Shown here: positions 1-13,740 of the stretch, piece after piece
Numbering within the stretch: the stretch's first letter is position 1
Layout: each line of letters begins with the position of its first letter
Source of the DNA: Monocercomonoides exilis PA203
Taxonomy: Eukaryota > Protista > Preaxostyla
DNA: 64,000 nucleotides
Assembly: GCA_001643675.2 (NCBI GenBank)
Contig: LSRY02000048.1
Coordinates: 248,001 to 312,000, forward strand
Direction of reading: 5' to 3'
Translations under genes and position numbers: made by a program
The notes under the pieces: model-generated
Told to the model about the DNA's origin: nothing
Databases searched by the model: none
What the model saw: the letters and a program-made list of their open reading frames with translations, nothing else

Positions 1-706
1 TGATACACTTTGTGAGCATCTTCCTCTTTCATAAAAGATGGCACGTTTTCCGAAATAAACCTTGTATGATTTCCTTTCCAAAATGACTGTTTAGAATCTT
101 CTTGTATAAAAAATGCAATATCATTTCCCGGTAGTCTTCCAAATTGAATCCAATTTAAAATTGATCGAAAAAAGACTTGGAGGCACGGAAACAGTAACTG
201 TTTAAGAAGGTTTCCAACTATGTCATCTTGACATATACTTGCGTGATAATGCAGCAGTGAAAGAAAAGTGACAGAATCAATTGAATTTGGTAGCGAAATT
301 GAGGAATTTTGTGGAATATGAATTATTCGCTTTTGATTGTCAACAATACGCTCTTGAGATGCTGGACAAGTTGAAATTATCGTAAATAAAAGATCGCATA
401 GTTCTTCGTATCTTTGCTTTGCAGTTGTTAATTGTATAGATTCCATTGGCGAAATTGAACTTGATTCTAATTTTTTCATTATCTTCGAAAAAACAAATTT
501 TTATTTCATTTATTTTGAAATTTTGTTTTAATTTTAATGATAGTGAAAGTAGATGAAAAATAACAAACATTGTGCGACGGCATTATAACGATAGAATACA
601 AAGAAGAGCAAAACGTAGATAAAACAAGATCTGAATCTTCATAGACCCCCTGAGCAGGTAGTCTATGTTTTTCTGTAAATAATAATAATTCATTAAGCTT
701 TTCCAT
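1..706 (-). CDS. Gamma-tubulin complex component (Spc97/Spc98 family, GRIP1 region), 5' part; runs off the left edge
   Basis: Exon 569-706, GT-AG intron 483-568, then a stop-free frame from 482 to the edge reading ...LLHYHASICQDDIVGNLLKQLLFPCLQVFFRSILNWIQFGRLPGNDIAFFIQE...FW...VPSFMKEEDAHKVY. This matches the GCP pattern L..WI..G.L....FFI...W...P.F....A.K. Absent from the ORF track because it has no stop inside the window. Confidence 0.7.
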
Positions 707-851
707 TTGCAATGAAATTGCTTAAATGATAAATAAAAAATTTTAAAAAGTGATCTTGATCTTCCCCAAACAAAAAAATTGAAAATTGAATTTAGAATAA
801 TATAAAAAAAGACTTAATAAATAAAATCACTCAAAAATATGCAAGCCAATC

Positions 852-3800
852 TCATTGATCATCATCACCAAAACTAACATCGACAAAAGTATCATCATCG
901 AACTGATTCAAACTTTCATTTTTTGTTTGTTCATTTCCACTCTTTATCTCTCCATCAAATCTATCCCCCTGTGATGTCTTGTCTTCCAATAGAAAATGCC
1001 GTATACCCTTTGGCACAAACTCTCGATAGTTAGACATTTGTGGCTGTGTTGTAGTTGCTGCAGCTTCCGCAGAAGAAGAAGTTGCAGCTGAAGACCCCAC
1101 CATTTCATTATCCATTGCTTTCTCCTCTGATGGCTGCATTTGTTCTGCTGCTTCATGTGGCGAAGGCTCAGAAACAGCAGAAACAGAAACAGAAGCAGCC
1201 AATGAAGAAGGTGAAGAAGGATTGGAGCCCAGGCCAAATGGCTGAGACTGCATCACCATTTGTTGTTGTTGTTGTGGCTGTTGCTGCTGCAGTTGCTGCA
1301 GTTGCAGCTGCATCTGTGGCATCTGCACTTGCTGTCCAAATGGTGCTTGATATTGCTGGTTGTGCTGCTGCATTTGCATTTGTGCTTGTTGTACCTGCTG
1401 TGCTTGCTGCTGCATCATCATCTGCTGATGGAGCTGTGTTTGAATGTGAAGAGGAGAGTACTGATGCATCTGTGATGGTATCTGCTGCTGCTGTTGTTGA
1501 GGGTTATGCAACTGTGTCTGTCCAGAATTGAACACATCTCGTGGCTGATATGGTTGCAATTGCTGTTGTTGTTGTAGCATCTGATTCTGCTGATTCTGCT
1601 GTGCTCCTCCCATTTGTGTCTGCATCTGTGGTTGTGTCTGCCCTTGCATCGGCAACTGTCCATTCTGCTTAGCCATCTGCAAACGTAGCAGCTGCTGTTG
1701 GTGGAAGCTGATGATGCGCTGGAGTTCTTCTGGTGGCACATCTTTGATCAGCTCGCTCAGATACAACTGGCTCTGCTGTGGGTAGTTGCGGGCAACTGGA
1801 GAGTCGAGGGCGTGAAGAAGGGAGACTAAGATGGAAGGAGAAGGAGCAGTTGTGGGTGAGGCAGTGGCTGGAAGAGAGGACGATGAAGATGTTGATGATG
1901 CAGGCGATGATGATACCAATCCCACATTTGCTTGTAAGCCTTGTCCAAACTGCTGCACTTGTGGTGTTTGCTGTGTTTGTTGTGCTTGTTGTGCCTGCTG
2001 CAACTGCTGATGCTGCAAGAACTGCCCCGCAGCTGCTGACAATGGCATTGCAGACGGAGACATTGAGGAAAACTGTGTCGAAGAGCGTGGAGTCATAATG
2101 GCAGAGTTCGGAGTCTCAGGGATAGCTGTATTGGGTGAGAGCTGATGGGATATGGACAATCGTTGCATGGGCTGCGAGGAAGGAGAAGAGTTGGCAGAGT
2201 TCAGGGTGACCGGAGATGCTCCTGCGAATGAGGCAGTGTTTGCAATGGAAGAAGTTGATGAAGTTGTTGACGATGATGATGCCAAAGGTGTATTCAGCAA
2301 CTGAGCATTCCCCATCTGAACTGATGGTGACGACAGCACACTATCAGTTGCACTGGGAAGTGTGTGCGAGTAAAGAAATGACTGTTGCAAGGGGGTCAGC
2401 TGTTGAGTGCTGTAGAATAAAGGAACACCATTGGGCTGCTGTGCATAGCTGAGTGTGGGGAAGATGGAGGGAGAAACAGAAAGAGACGAAGGAATGAGGA
2501 TGGTTGGAGAGATGGATGAGGAGTTGCCAGGAGAGAAACGAGAAGAAGATGAAGACGAAGATGATGATGAAGTTGTGTTTGTTGCAGAAGCAGGAGCAGA
2601 ACCTGGGGTTGAGGCAGTGACTGAGCCTGTACTTCGAGCTGTGAACAGAGGAGTCGATGCAGCAGAAGTGGTTGTGGCAGTAGTTGAATTCACCCCTTGT
2701 TGAGCAGAAGCAGAAGTAGAAGATGAAGATAATGGTGACGATGAAGTAACATTGCTCTCAGGAGTTGTGGAAGCTGCAAGCTGCGTCTTGTCTTGAGCAA
2801 CAGAACTTTCTGAAGCACTTTCAGTATCATGCTGAACAGAAGCTAACAGCCGAGGAGGAGTGTAAACAACCGAGGCAACACCAAGCTGCTCTGGCATCCT
2901 TCTATCTACCCCATCAAGTGTACTTCCTTCATTATTAGTACCATTATCTTGAGAAGCAGAAACGATAGACGATTCTATCTGTGAGCTCTGCTGTGAATCT
3001 TGCAATCCCTGGGAGTTTTGAGCATTTTGTGTGTTTTGTGTGTTTTGCATGTTTTGCATGTTTTGTTGTTTCATCATTTCAGCATTAATCTGTGGGGTGG
3101 TGTGTTCTTTGTCTCCATTCCAGGGAAAGCGGAGGAGTGGAAGCAGAGTTGATTGCTTGCTGAAAGAGGAAGCAGAGGAAGAGGGAGAAGAAGAAGCATC
3201 AGCTGGAAGGCGAAGATAGCGATCAGAAGGAGAAAGAGAAGAAGAAGAAGAAGATGATGATGATGGTTGGGAGTTAATTTTCTGACTGTACATAAGCGAT
3301 GCCAGTGCTACAGAGCTTTGTGTGGGTGGTTGAGAATACATCTGCTGCTGCTGTTGTTGTTGCAGTTGATTCGAGTTCTGGTTGATTGGAGAGCCCATCT
3401 GCTGGCTGTATGTGGGCAGCGTGTGATGATGTCTGAAAATGGAGTCCATGTCGCTTTGAGAGTATGAAGGAAACAGAGTGGAAGAGGAGGAGGAGGATGA
3501 AGAAATGGTTGATGAGGACAATTGCTGCTGCTGAAGCGGCAAATGAGAGCTTCTTTGTGAAGCAAACTGAGATGTATTGTCTTGCTGATGGAAAGGCGGA
3601 ATCACACGTTGTGGGAATGTCAGCATCGGAGGACGCATTTGTTGAGGTTGTTGTTGCTGCTGCTGAGATTGAATCTGTGGTTGTATCTGCTGCTGGGGCT
3701 GCAATTGCAACTGCAACTGCACCTGTGGCTGTGACTGTGCCCGAGTCTGCCGTGACAGAAAGTGCTCATCTTGTTCTGCTCTTTGGGTTGTCCTTATTGC

Positions 3801-6800
3801 ACCTTGTTGCAATTGCGACTGCTGTAACTGTTGTGGCTGCTGCAGAATCAGTTGCTGATTGAATGGCGGATTGAATGGCTTTCCTTGCTCCAGATATGGA
3901 CCATGTGAAGTGTTCTGGAGAAGAGGCTGAGGCTGCGGCTGGAGATAATCTTTGCGTTGTTGCTGTTGCTGTGACTGCAGTGAAAGCAAGGGAATCTGCG
4001 TCTCCTGTGTGTGCAATCCCATGTGCCCATAACCACCTCCACTTCCTCCCCCTGCTCCCCCTGTACTCATCATATTCGTCTGCTGCTTGAATGGAAATGA
4101 AGCATTTGCTCCCTGCATATTTTGTTGTGTCTGCCCTTGCATCTGCCCTTGCCCTGGGCGATACATCAGTAGTGGTGGCTGTGCATAGCCTGCAGACTGC
4201 ATCAGCACATCCTGCGAAGTGGAAGATAACATTGGTGCAGTTGTAGAGACTGATGAGGAGCCTCTTGATTCGCCATATCCTCCAGATGCGATCACCCCTG
4301 TGTTCAGACCCTGATTAACACTCACATTCATTCCAACCCCTGAACTAGCTCCTCGCAAATAGGATGATTGCTGTTGCATTGGTGATTGTTGCTGTTGTTG
4401 CTGCTGTTGCGTGTGCAGTTGCATTGAATGAGGTGCCATTCGAAGCAGAGGAGGCGCATTCTGCAGCAAAGGCTGGTGGTTTGGCTGAGAATCTTCTGCC
4501 AAAATGTATCTCCTGTTCCCAATTTCAATGTATTTTCTGGTATCAACCTCTTTCTCTTTCTCTTTGTTTTCTCCCTCAGTTTTCTCCATTTCTCCTGTTT
4601 CTCCTTTGCCATTTCTGGTTTCATTAACCTCATTCTGAACTCTGTCTCTCGCTGAAGGGTAGTCTTCGTTGTCTGGATCATCGGAAGATGTGTCCATATC
4701 GGAGAAATTCGACGAATCCCCCGATGAAAGATTCTCCGAAGTCTCATCATCATCAGCATCTGAAGCATCCGTTTCATCAGCACCACTTCCATTGCCATTC
4801 CCATTTTCTTCATCGTCATCATCTTCATCATCCTCATCTTCTTCGTTGTCTTCATCCTTTTCCCTGCTTCCTTCTCCATCATCACCATCAGCATCGGAAG
4901 ACGTGTTGCTGCGGTCTTCTGAGTTGTCTGTCTCTTCTTCTTCCTTCCCACTCGCATTTTTTACATGCCTGTCATTTATTTTTGGTTGCAATTTTGATTT
5001 TCCAGCAAAATCTTTCTTGTTTTGTGTTTCATCTTTAGTCTCTTCTTCCTCCTCGTCTTCATCGTCTTCCATCAGAAACCCTGTTTTTGCAGGGCGGTTC
5101 GAAGAAGAACGCGTAGAAGAAGAACTCTGATTAACAGGAATTGAATTTGAAGCAACCCCAACTAGCGGCTGAGGCATCAGATTCTGATTAGCCATTGTTG
5201 ATGTAATTGTCACAAGTGAATTAGAATCAGCTCCTGTTCTCATTCCTCCTCCTACTCCTCCTCCCATTCCAATTCCCACTTCTGTTCCCTTCCCAATCCC
5301 CACATGCAACTGCTGTGTTTGTTGCTGTGGCTGCTGAAGAGGAAGCGGAAGTGCCGGCAAACCTGACCGAAACCCATTTTTTGTCTCATTATTCATCTGT
5401 ATTTGAGGCAATAATGGAGATCCTGATGGAATATTTGAGATAAAATTGACTGTTCCGCTTTCTCTTCCTTCTCTTCCTTCTCCTCCACCCACATTCTTTT
5501 TCAGTGCCGGCAAAACAGCTTTCATCTTTGGCACAGTTGAAATTAAAGGTTGTGTTGATGTTTGTGAGGGAAAAGGCAAAAGTGGAATTTCTTCGTTTCC
5601 TCGGCGTTTATGTGAGGATTTTAGTGGGTCAGTAGATGAAGGAGAGGAGGATGAGGAAGAAGAAAGAGAAGAAGATGAAGAAGAAGGAAATGAAAGAGGC
5701 AATGGAGAAGAGGAAGAAGAAGCAACAGAAATAGAAGAAGAAGAATTAATTCCTCCTATTTGTCCCTTGAATGCTCCAACAGTTGCTGGTTCCAGTTGAA
5801 GAAGAGGCTGTTTTTCAGTCTGCTGTTTGTTTGAGGGAAGATTTGATTGATTGTTCAATTGTTTATTCATCTGAGGAAAAGAAGAAGAAGAAGAAGAAGA
5901 AGAAGAAGAAGAAGATAAAGTGGAAGAAGAAAGAGGAAGAGGAAGAGAAGAAGAATTTGAAAGAGAAGAAGGAGAAGAAGAAGATAAAGATTGAGGCTGA
6001 GGTTGGATTTGAGAAGAAGGTCTGTTTAGAAGAGGAGGTTTTTCAGAAGGAAAGACGAGAACAGAAGAAGCAGATGGGTGAGAAGAAGAAGAAGATGATG
6101 ATGATGAAGGAATTTTTGAAGAAGAAGAAGAGGAGGAGGAAAGAGAAGAAGGAGATGAGGAAGAAGAAAGGGGATTAGAAGAGGAAGGGAAGGAAGAAGA
6201 AGAAGAAGAAAGGGTCGAAGAAGAAGCAATAGATTGAGGGATATGAGGAAGAGGAAGAGGAGGAGGAGGAAGGTGCTGATGATGATGAAAAGAAGGGTTG
6301 ATTGGAGGAGGAGGAAGAGGAGCGAAGGGAATAATATTATGAGAAAAGGAAGAAGAAGAATGAAGAGAGGAAGAAGGAGAGGAAGAAGAAGAAGAAGAAG
6401 AAGAAGAAGAAGAAGAAGAAGAAGAAGAAGAAGAAGAAGAAGAAGAAGAAGAAGAAGAAGAAGAAGAAGAAGAAGAAGAAGAAGAAGAAGAAAATGATGA
6501 TGATGATGATAAAATAGCAGAAGAAGGAGAAAGAGAAGAGGAAGAGGAAGAAGAAGAAGAAAGAGAAGAAGAAGAAGAAGTTTGTGCGTTTGTTTGATTT
6601 TGAGTGAATTTCTGTTCATTTTGAGGAGCCGAAGGCAGAAGAGGAGAAGAAGAATGATAAATTGGCAAGGCAGTGGGAGAAGAGAGAGGAAGATGAGAAG
6701 CATAGGAAGAAGGAGAAGAGGAGGAGGAGGAGGAGGAAGAAGAAGAAGAAAGAGAAGAAGAAGAATATGACGATGGAGAAGAAGAAGAAGAGGAGGAGGA

Positions 6801-9800
6801 GGAGGAGGAGGAGGAAGTTATTGGAGACGAATAAGAAGACGAAACAGAGGAAGAAGAAGAAGAAGAAGATGATGATGATGAATCAACATCATTTTTCATT
6901 GTTTGCTTTCCGTTCCCTCTTCCTTGTTGATTTCCTCTTCTTCCTCTTCCTCCTTCTCTTCCTCCTTTTCCTCTTTCTCTTTCTCTTCCAATTTCGATTT
7001 CTTTCTCTTTCTCTTTCTCTTTCTCTTTCTCCTTTTCTTTCTCCTTTTCTTTCTCTTTCTCCTTCTCTTTTTCTCTTTCTCTTTCTCTTTCTCTTTCAGT
7101 TTCTATTCCTTTTTGTTGTTGCTGTTGCTGTTGCTGCTGATATCTTCCTTTTTGTTTGTTTTGAGTGTCTTTTCTGCCTCCACTCAGAGGAAGATTAGAA
7201 GAAGGAGAAGAGGAGGAAGAGGAGGAAGAGGAGGAAGAGGAAGAAGAAGATGAAGAAGAAGAAGAAGAGGAAGAAGAAGAGGAGGAGGAAGAAGAAGAAG
7301 AGAAAGAAGAAGAAGAAGAAGAAGAGGAGGAGGAGAAAGAGGAAGAAGAGCGAGAATGAGAAGGAGAAGGAAGAAGAGCATCAGAAGATTTGAAAGGAGA
7401 AGAAGAAGAGGAGGAGGAGGAAAAGGAAGAAGAAGAAGAAGAAGAAGGATGTTGAAGAAGAGGCTGAGAAGATGGCTTAGAAGAAGAAGAAGAAGAAGAA
7501 GAAGAAGAAGAGGAAAAGGAAGAAGAAGAAGAAAGAGAATTATTATTATTATTCAAATACATTTTATTTCCATTTCTTCTGTTTAAACCAGAAATTTTGT
7601 TCTCTTCTTTTCCCCTTCGAAATCCCTTTGGTGTTTGAAGGAGAGGATTCGAAGGTTGATTGGTTGAATAATGAAGAAGAGGAGGAGAAGAAGAGGAAAA
7701 GGAAGAAGAAGAAAGAGAAGAAGAAGAAGAAGAGGAAGAGGAAGAAGAAAAGGAAAGAGAAGAAGGAGAAGAAGAAGAAGGATAAATTGAAGAAGAAGAA
7801 GGAGGAGGAGGAGGAGAAGAAGAAGAAGAAGATGATGATTGAAGCAAAGGAATTTGATTGTTTTTGATATTCTTTCCATTTCTTTGTCCTCTTCCATTTC
7901 TTGTATTCAAAAATTCTTCTTGTTTTTCTTTCTCTTTCTCTTTCTCTTTTTCTCTTTCTTTCTCCTTCTCTTTCTCCTTTTCTTTCTCTTTCTCCTTCTC
8001 CTTCTCCTTCTCCTTCTCTTTCTCTTTCTCTTTCTCTTTCTCTTTCTTCTTTGCATTTCTTTCTTGTCTTTGACTTTGTTTATTTTGTGCCTTCTTTTGT
8101 TGAATATTTGTATCAGAAGAAGAAAGTGAAGAATTTAAAGAAGAAGGAGGAGGAGGAGAAGAGGAGGAAAGAGAAGAAGAATTCGAAATAAAAGAAGAAG
8201 AAGAAGAAGAAGAAGAAGAAGAAGATTTTATTTCTCTTTCTTGTTCTTTCGTGTTTTTCCCTTTGTTTTCACAGAAGAACGAGTCAGGAATCGGCTGAAA
8301 ACGTGTTTTTTGGCGTTCAGATGAAGAAATGCTATCTTTGAATGAAGAAGAAGAAAGAGAAGAAGAAGAGGAGGAGGAGGAAGAATTAACAGAGGAAATT
8401 GAAGAAGAGGAAGAAGAAGAAGAGGAGGAGGAGGAGGAGGAGGAAGAAGAAGAAGAAGAATTCGGCGTATAAACAGAAGGAAACTTCGAAGCAGCAAAAG
8501 AAGAATAGCTTGTCTTCTGATTGTGTTTGGCTTGTTGGCTCTTTTGGGGATGAGCTTGATTTTGATTGAAATTTTGATTGGAAGAAGAAGACGGAGAGGA
8601 GGAGGAAGAAGAAGAAGAAGAAGATTTAGAAGACTGAGGTATGTATATTGTTTTGGATTCAATAGAAGAGGAAGAGGAAGAAGAAGAAGAAGAAGAAGAA
8701 GAAGATGATGATGATGATAAAGATGAAGATGATTGCTGAGGTGAAAGAGAAGAGAAGGAGGAATATGAGTTTGGTTTGGGGTTAGAAGAAGAGTAAGAAT
8801 TAGGTTTGTATACAGAAGAAGAAGAAGAAGAGGAAGAGGAAGAAGAAGAAGATAACAAAGTTGATGAGGAAGAAGAGGAAGAAGAAGAAGAAGATGATGA
8901 TGATGAAGATGAATTTTGAGCTGTTGAAAGAGACGAATAACTGGAAGGAAACGAAGACAAAGAAGAATACGACGAAACAGCTGTCGAAGAATAGACAGAA
9001 GGAAAGCCAGCAGTTTGGCTGTGAGAAAGAGATGAATAAGAGCTTATCATCCTTCCCTTTTCATATTTCCCTTCATTCGCTCTGTCAAAAGAGCGACTTG
9101 ATTCGAACTGCGGAATTTTTTTCTCGTTTGCCGGCAAATCGGCCCAGTTTTTGTAATAATTGTCCGGAAAACTTTCCCATTTTGTATCTTCTTTTTTGTA
9201 TTCGTGTTTCTCTGTGTCCTTTTCTTTCTCTCTATCTTTATCTTTATCTCTATCTCCATTTCTTTCATTCTCTCTTTCCCTTTCTTTTTCCCTTTCTCTT
9301 TCTCTTATTCTCTCCTGTTCTTGTTCTTGTTCTTGTTCCTTCTGTTTCAGTTTCTGCTCTTTCATCTGAAGCTTGCGCAGTCGCCACGGCTGCATCACTC
9401 CACTTTCAGAGGAAGGCTTTGTTGTTTCCTGGTTGAAAGAAGAAGAAAAGGCAGAAGAAGAAGATGACGATGTCAATGAAGAAGAAGAAGATGATGATGA
9501 TGATGAAGATGATGATGATGATGAGATTTGCTTATCTGAATGAGAATGATTTGACAAAATAGAAGTGGCTGGCTTGGGATTTGTGAGGATTCGCGGGGCT
9601 GAAGTGTTGTGTGCATTGTTTGCGATGGAAAGCGACTGGGGAAGTGACAAAGGCAAAAATGATGAATTTGAAGAAGATGATGATGAAGTTGAAGAAGAAG
9701 AGGAAGAAGGAGAAGGAGAAGGAGAAGGAGAAGGAGAAGGAGAAGGAGAAGGAGAAGGAGAAGTACCAGAAGAAGTCGACGATCTGCCGTGGAATCGCCG

Positions 9801-10785
9801 GACTTGGTATTCGCCCTGGCTCTCCTGAAGACGCGGGTCCAAGTAAAAAAGCATGGGGGGAGATGGAGAAGCCTGTGGTGAATGATCTGTTGAAGGAACG
9901 GAAGAAGAAGGTGATGATGATGTTGTTGTGGAAAATGATGAAGCTGATGATGATTCCTTCTTCGCAAAATCAGGTTGCTTTTCTGGCTTTTGTTCGTGTG
10001 TGATAATGCTTTTCTCAGCCTTCACAGGCTTTTTGCTTTGGCTTTCATCCTTCATTTTTTCCCCAGCACTTGCAACTTGTGATTTTCCACCAGAGTCGCT
10101 CCAATCCTGATTTGAAGGAGGAGGAAGAGAGTACCAATCAAGTAATGAGTTGCTATCATCTGAGAATAGCTCATTGTCTGGAGAACCATCATCAGAAGCT
10201 AATCATTAAAAACAATTGAATGAAAAAAATCAAAAAAATAAAATCGATTTCAAACCTTGCGCACTATCACTTTTGGAAACCGAATCAGTGCTTGCAGGTT
10301 TAGGCGAGGTATGTGCCTTATTGTCCGGTTTGTTTGACAATATCTTCCCTGATTCTTCTTCTGAAGAAAATTTGAGAATAGAACAGGATAACAAAATTAA
10401 AAATAAATTCAATCATCAAAACTTATTGAAGGCTCTCTCTTTTGTGACTTGGATTTTGGAGCTTGATTGTCCAATAAGCTTTTCTTTTCATTTGATTCTG
10501 ATTGAAGAAGTTTGAGTTTCTTTGGATTCGGAAACAGAGTATTGTCGCGTTGCCCATCAGCACCACTTAGTGATTCAAGTTGGGGAATCACTTTGTGTTC
10601 ACCTTTAGAGAGCCTTTTCCCATGAGCTGCATCCAATTTTGCATGATTACAAAAAATGAATTTTCACCGAAATGAAAAATGTTAGAACAACAAAAATCAT
10701 ATAAAAACAAAAATTATAAATATGAAATATTCATAGACATCATCGAACCATGTCCTCCTCGTTGAGAAAGCGGGCGAACTGACAT
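852..10785 (-). CDS. Very large (~3,200 aa) Ser/Gln/Glu-Lys-rich intrinsically disordered protein, 4 exons
   Basis: The 3067-aa ORF 852-10055 stays open upstream to 10198. Phase-compatible GT-AG introns at 10199-10255 and 10361-10422, and a probable one at ~10627-10748, join it to an ATG at 10785 (MSVRPLSQRGGH). Confidence 0.8.
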
Positions 10786-10957
10786 TTTGGATCTTCTCAA
10801 AAAGTTATTATTCACCAAATCTCTGATTTGCAAATAAACAAGATATATTGTGAGCGATAAGTAATTATCTATTTATTTTAAAAGAAAAATAAAAATCACT
10901 TGGAGACAAAAATTAATTAATAACGGCTGAAGATCAATTTATTCTTTAATATTTTGA
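10786..10957. promoter_or_regulatory. Probable bidirectional promoter region
   Basis: Only 172 bp separate the divergent ATGs at 10785 (-) and 10958 (+). Similar head-to-head gaps occur at 15465-15698 and 36199-36341. Confidence 0.4.
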
Positions 10958-11369
10958 ATGCCAATCGAGAGAACTGTTATCAGAGAAGGAGATCACTCCA
11001 TTAAGCCCCAAACTGGAAAAAAAGTTACCGTTCATTATGTCGGAAAACTGTATGGAACAGAAACAGTGTTCGATTCAAGCAGAGCAAGAGGAAAGCCATT
11101 CCAATTCACCCTTGGAGCAGGTGAAGTGATCGCTGGCTGGGAACAAGGAGTTGCACTTATGTCAAAGGGAGAAATATCAACAATTGTTATTCCACCCGAA
11201 CTTGGCTACGGCAAACGTGGAGCTCCCCCTGTGTTTGTATTTTGTTATTAGAAAATTCACAACAATTTTTATTGGTTATTTTTATTGAAATTTTATTATT
11301 AGAATTCCACCAAATTCCACACTTTCGTTTGAAATTGAATTGTTGGATTGCACTCCAAGAAAGAAGTAA
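10958..11369 (+). CDS. FKBP12-type peptidyl-prolyl cis-trans isomerase
   Basis: Motifs VTVHYVGKL, FDSSRARGKPFQFTLG, VIAGWEQG, PELGYG. Removing the 70-nt GT-AG intron 11233-11302 gives the canonical end PPVIPPNSTLSFEIELL, with TAA at 11367-11369. Confidence 0.96.
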
Positions 11370-11588
11370 ATACATATTATTGACAAAATCTGCTTTGCTT
11401 GAATATAATGGAGTTCTAGAAATAATTGTTCATGAATTTTTGTAGCACATATCATGATTTTAACGAAAAACATTGCATTTATAGAATCTTGAGTTTTTTT
11501 CCCATCAATTGTAAATTAAAAATGTGCCGGAAACGATAGAAGTTGATTTTTCAAATTTTTTATCCACATATATCTAAAATAAGCATAA

Positions 11589-13290
11589 ATGCAATCTGAC
11601 GAACAAGAAATATTCCGCCCTATAGCTCCAGATTCCGATGATTTTGATGCTTTTGTTCAAACAACAATTAATGTTTTTATTTCCTTTTTGTTGAAATTTT
11701 CGAATTTATTTTTCACTTAAAAGGATGTTGAATCTTTTTCCTTGGGGAACTTTGAGCAAGAATTTGATATGGATGATGGAGATGAAAGTTTTTCTTTACC
11801 AAAAACTCAAGAGATGAAGAATTCATTTTTGAAGCCGAAATCCACAAATAATTCGAGGTTATTTCTTTTCTTTGCTCCAAAAAGAAAATTAAAGAGACAT
11901 ATTTTATAATAAACTTAGTTCTCAAGAACAATCTCGTCAAAAAGCACAATCTTTCTCACCACTTCAAATAAAACCAATTGAACCAAAGAATATGTTTTCG
12001 CAGCGAATTGTTACATTTGAAAAATTGAACTCGAATAAGAGCCCTTCTATAAGTCCATCAAGTTCATTAAAGCAGAATGCAGATGAAAATAAAACTTCTC
12101 GAAAATCAGAATTTCAATCTCCTCAACCAAGAGAATTTCGACTTATTGGTATGAACAATACATTGAATTAATAATAATATGATTAGACGTTCGAATGAAA
12201 ATCCGATTTTATTGTAGGAAAACAATTTAATCAAAATTCTTCAGAAAAAAACAAGAAATTATTTCAGCCAAAGTCCATTTTTTCACAGAATAAGAAAGCA
12301 AGAACAGGTTTGTAACTTCATTTTTAATTCTGCCTATTCATTTCATTTGCACTCATTGCAGAAAGGATGTCAATGAAGTTGGAACCAGATGCCCTTTTAG
12401 GAGCAAGAAATCAGAGTGTTGAAACAGATTCACCTCAATCGCCTGCTTCTCCAATAAATCAAAGCATGGCTGGAAATGCTGATAGTTCAACGTATAATGA
12501 GGAAGGAAACATGGAGCATGATGAAGAAAGCGAAGAAAGTGAGGATGAAGCAGAAAAGCAGCAACCCAAAAATGAATTGTTTGCAAAAAATCCATCAATC
12601 TTTAAGGAAAATACAACACGAACAACAGAAAGAGTTATTAGACCTCACCTTTCTCAACCAAAAATAGCATCCCCCTTTTCATTTTCCACACACACTCCAT
12701 TGCGAAAGATGTTTGTTCCTTCCTCTTCTCCGTTTAAGTCACTCACATTAGACAGAACGTCTCATCAATCAGGCATTCCATCTTCTTCTAAAAGCAAAGC
12801 AGAGACAAGCAAATCATCTATTGATACTTCAGCAAATGAAGCTGCAAGCGTGACTTCTGTAAGTTCCGTTACGCCTTTGACTCCATCTCCTTTGCCTCTT
12901 TCTATGCCCATTCGCGATGTATCAAGATCAGTTGAGTCTTCTTCGCTTTCTCTCTCTCATTCATCCTTGCCTTTGCCTTCTCCTTCTCCTCCTTTGGAAA
13001 CTCTTCCAGATCCAATCGATTTCGAGACACAAATTCAGCTCTTTGAAGAGAAAGACATTAACATCAGGAATGCCCTCCAATCGATGCAGGAAGGGCTGAA
13101 GAAGACCGAAGAGATGCTGTCATCGCTGATGGAGCGTGCAATTGTGACGAATGCAGACATGTGCTTTCTGGACGATCCAGTGGAAAAACAGATGCTTTTG
13201 TCAATATGCACCAGCTGGGATCCAAATTGTGATCTTTCTTCTCTTTATGGTAATGTTGCAATAAAGGAGCCTTCACTCGTTGTAATTTAA
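11589..13290 (+). CDS. Hypothetical Ser-rich protein with C-terminal coiled coil (multi-exon)
   Basis: 307-aa terminal ORF 12367-13290, plus upstream exon-like blocks from ATG 11589 (MQSDEQEIFRPIAPDS) separated by GT-AG AT-rich segments. Exact exon structure unresolved. Confidence 0.55.
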
Positions 13291-13740
13291 GGAAATTAGC
13301 AATATTTCTTTTCCACGTCGACCACACTTTATTTTTTTCTTCACTGACAAATTTTGTTTCTGAATGCTTTGAGCATTATTTATTTTATTGTTACATTTTC
13401 CTTTCAAAACAAATTCTGAAAGGAAGAAAAGCAACAGCTGAAATGTTGTCAAAAGAACATAAAAACAAAATTTTCGAAAAAGTAATCAAAGAAATGGTAG
13501 GAAAAAAGGGAAGAAAGAATACGCTTTATAAAAAGAACTTCCGCTTCACGAAATGAAACAAAGCGGAATGTGACGTGAAATCAATGTGTATTGTGTGTTT
13601 ATTCATTCATCAATTGTTAAAAGCGAAAGCGAAAGCAAAAGCAACAAAATCAATTAGCATCACTTCTAATTCTATTGTCTTCACCTTTTCCTTTGCCTTT
13701 GTTTTTGCTTTCAACTTAACCTTTTATCTTTCACTTTTGC

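Noticed and set aside
944-10110. Dozens of overlapping poly-K/R/L/F/E ORFs on both strands
   Set aside because: They are shadows of the TCT/GAA/CAG low-complexity codons of the single large minus-strand gene. The same applies at 17.8-19.2 kb, 49.6-50.1 kb and 58.2-58.7 kb.
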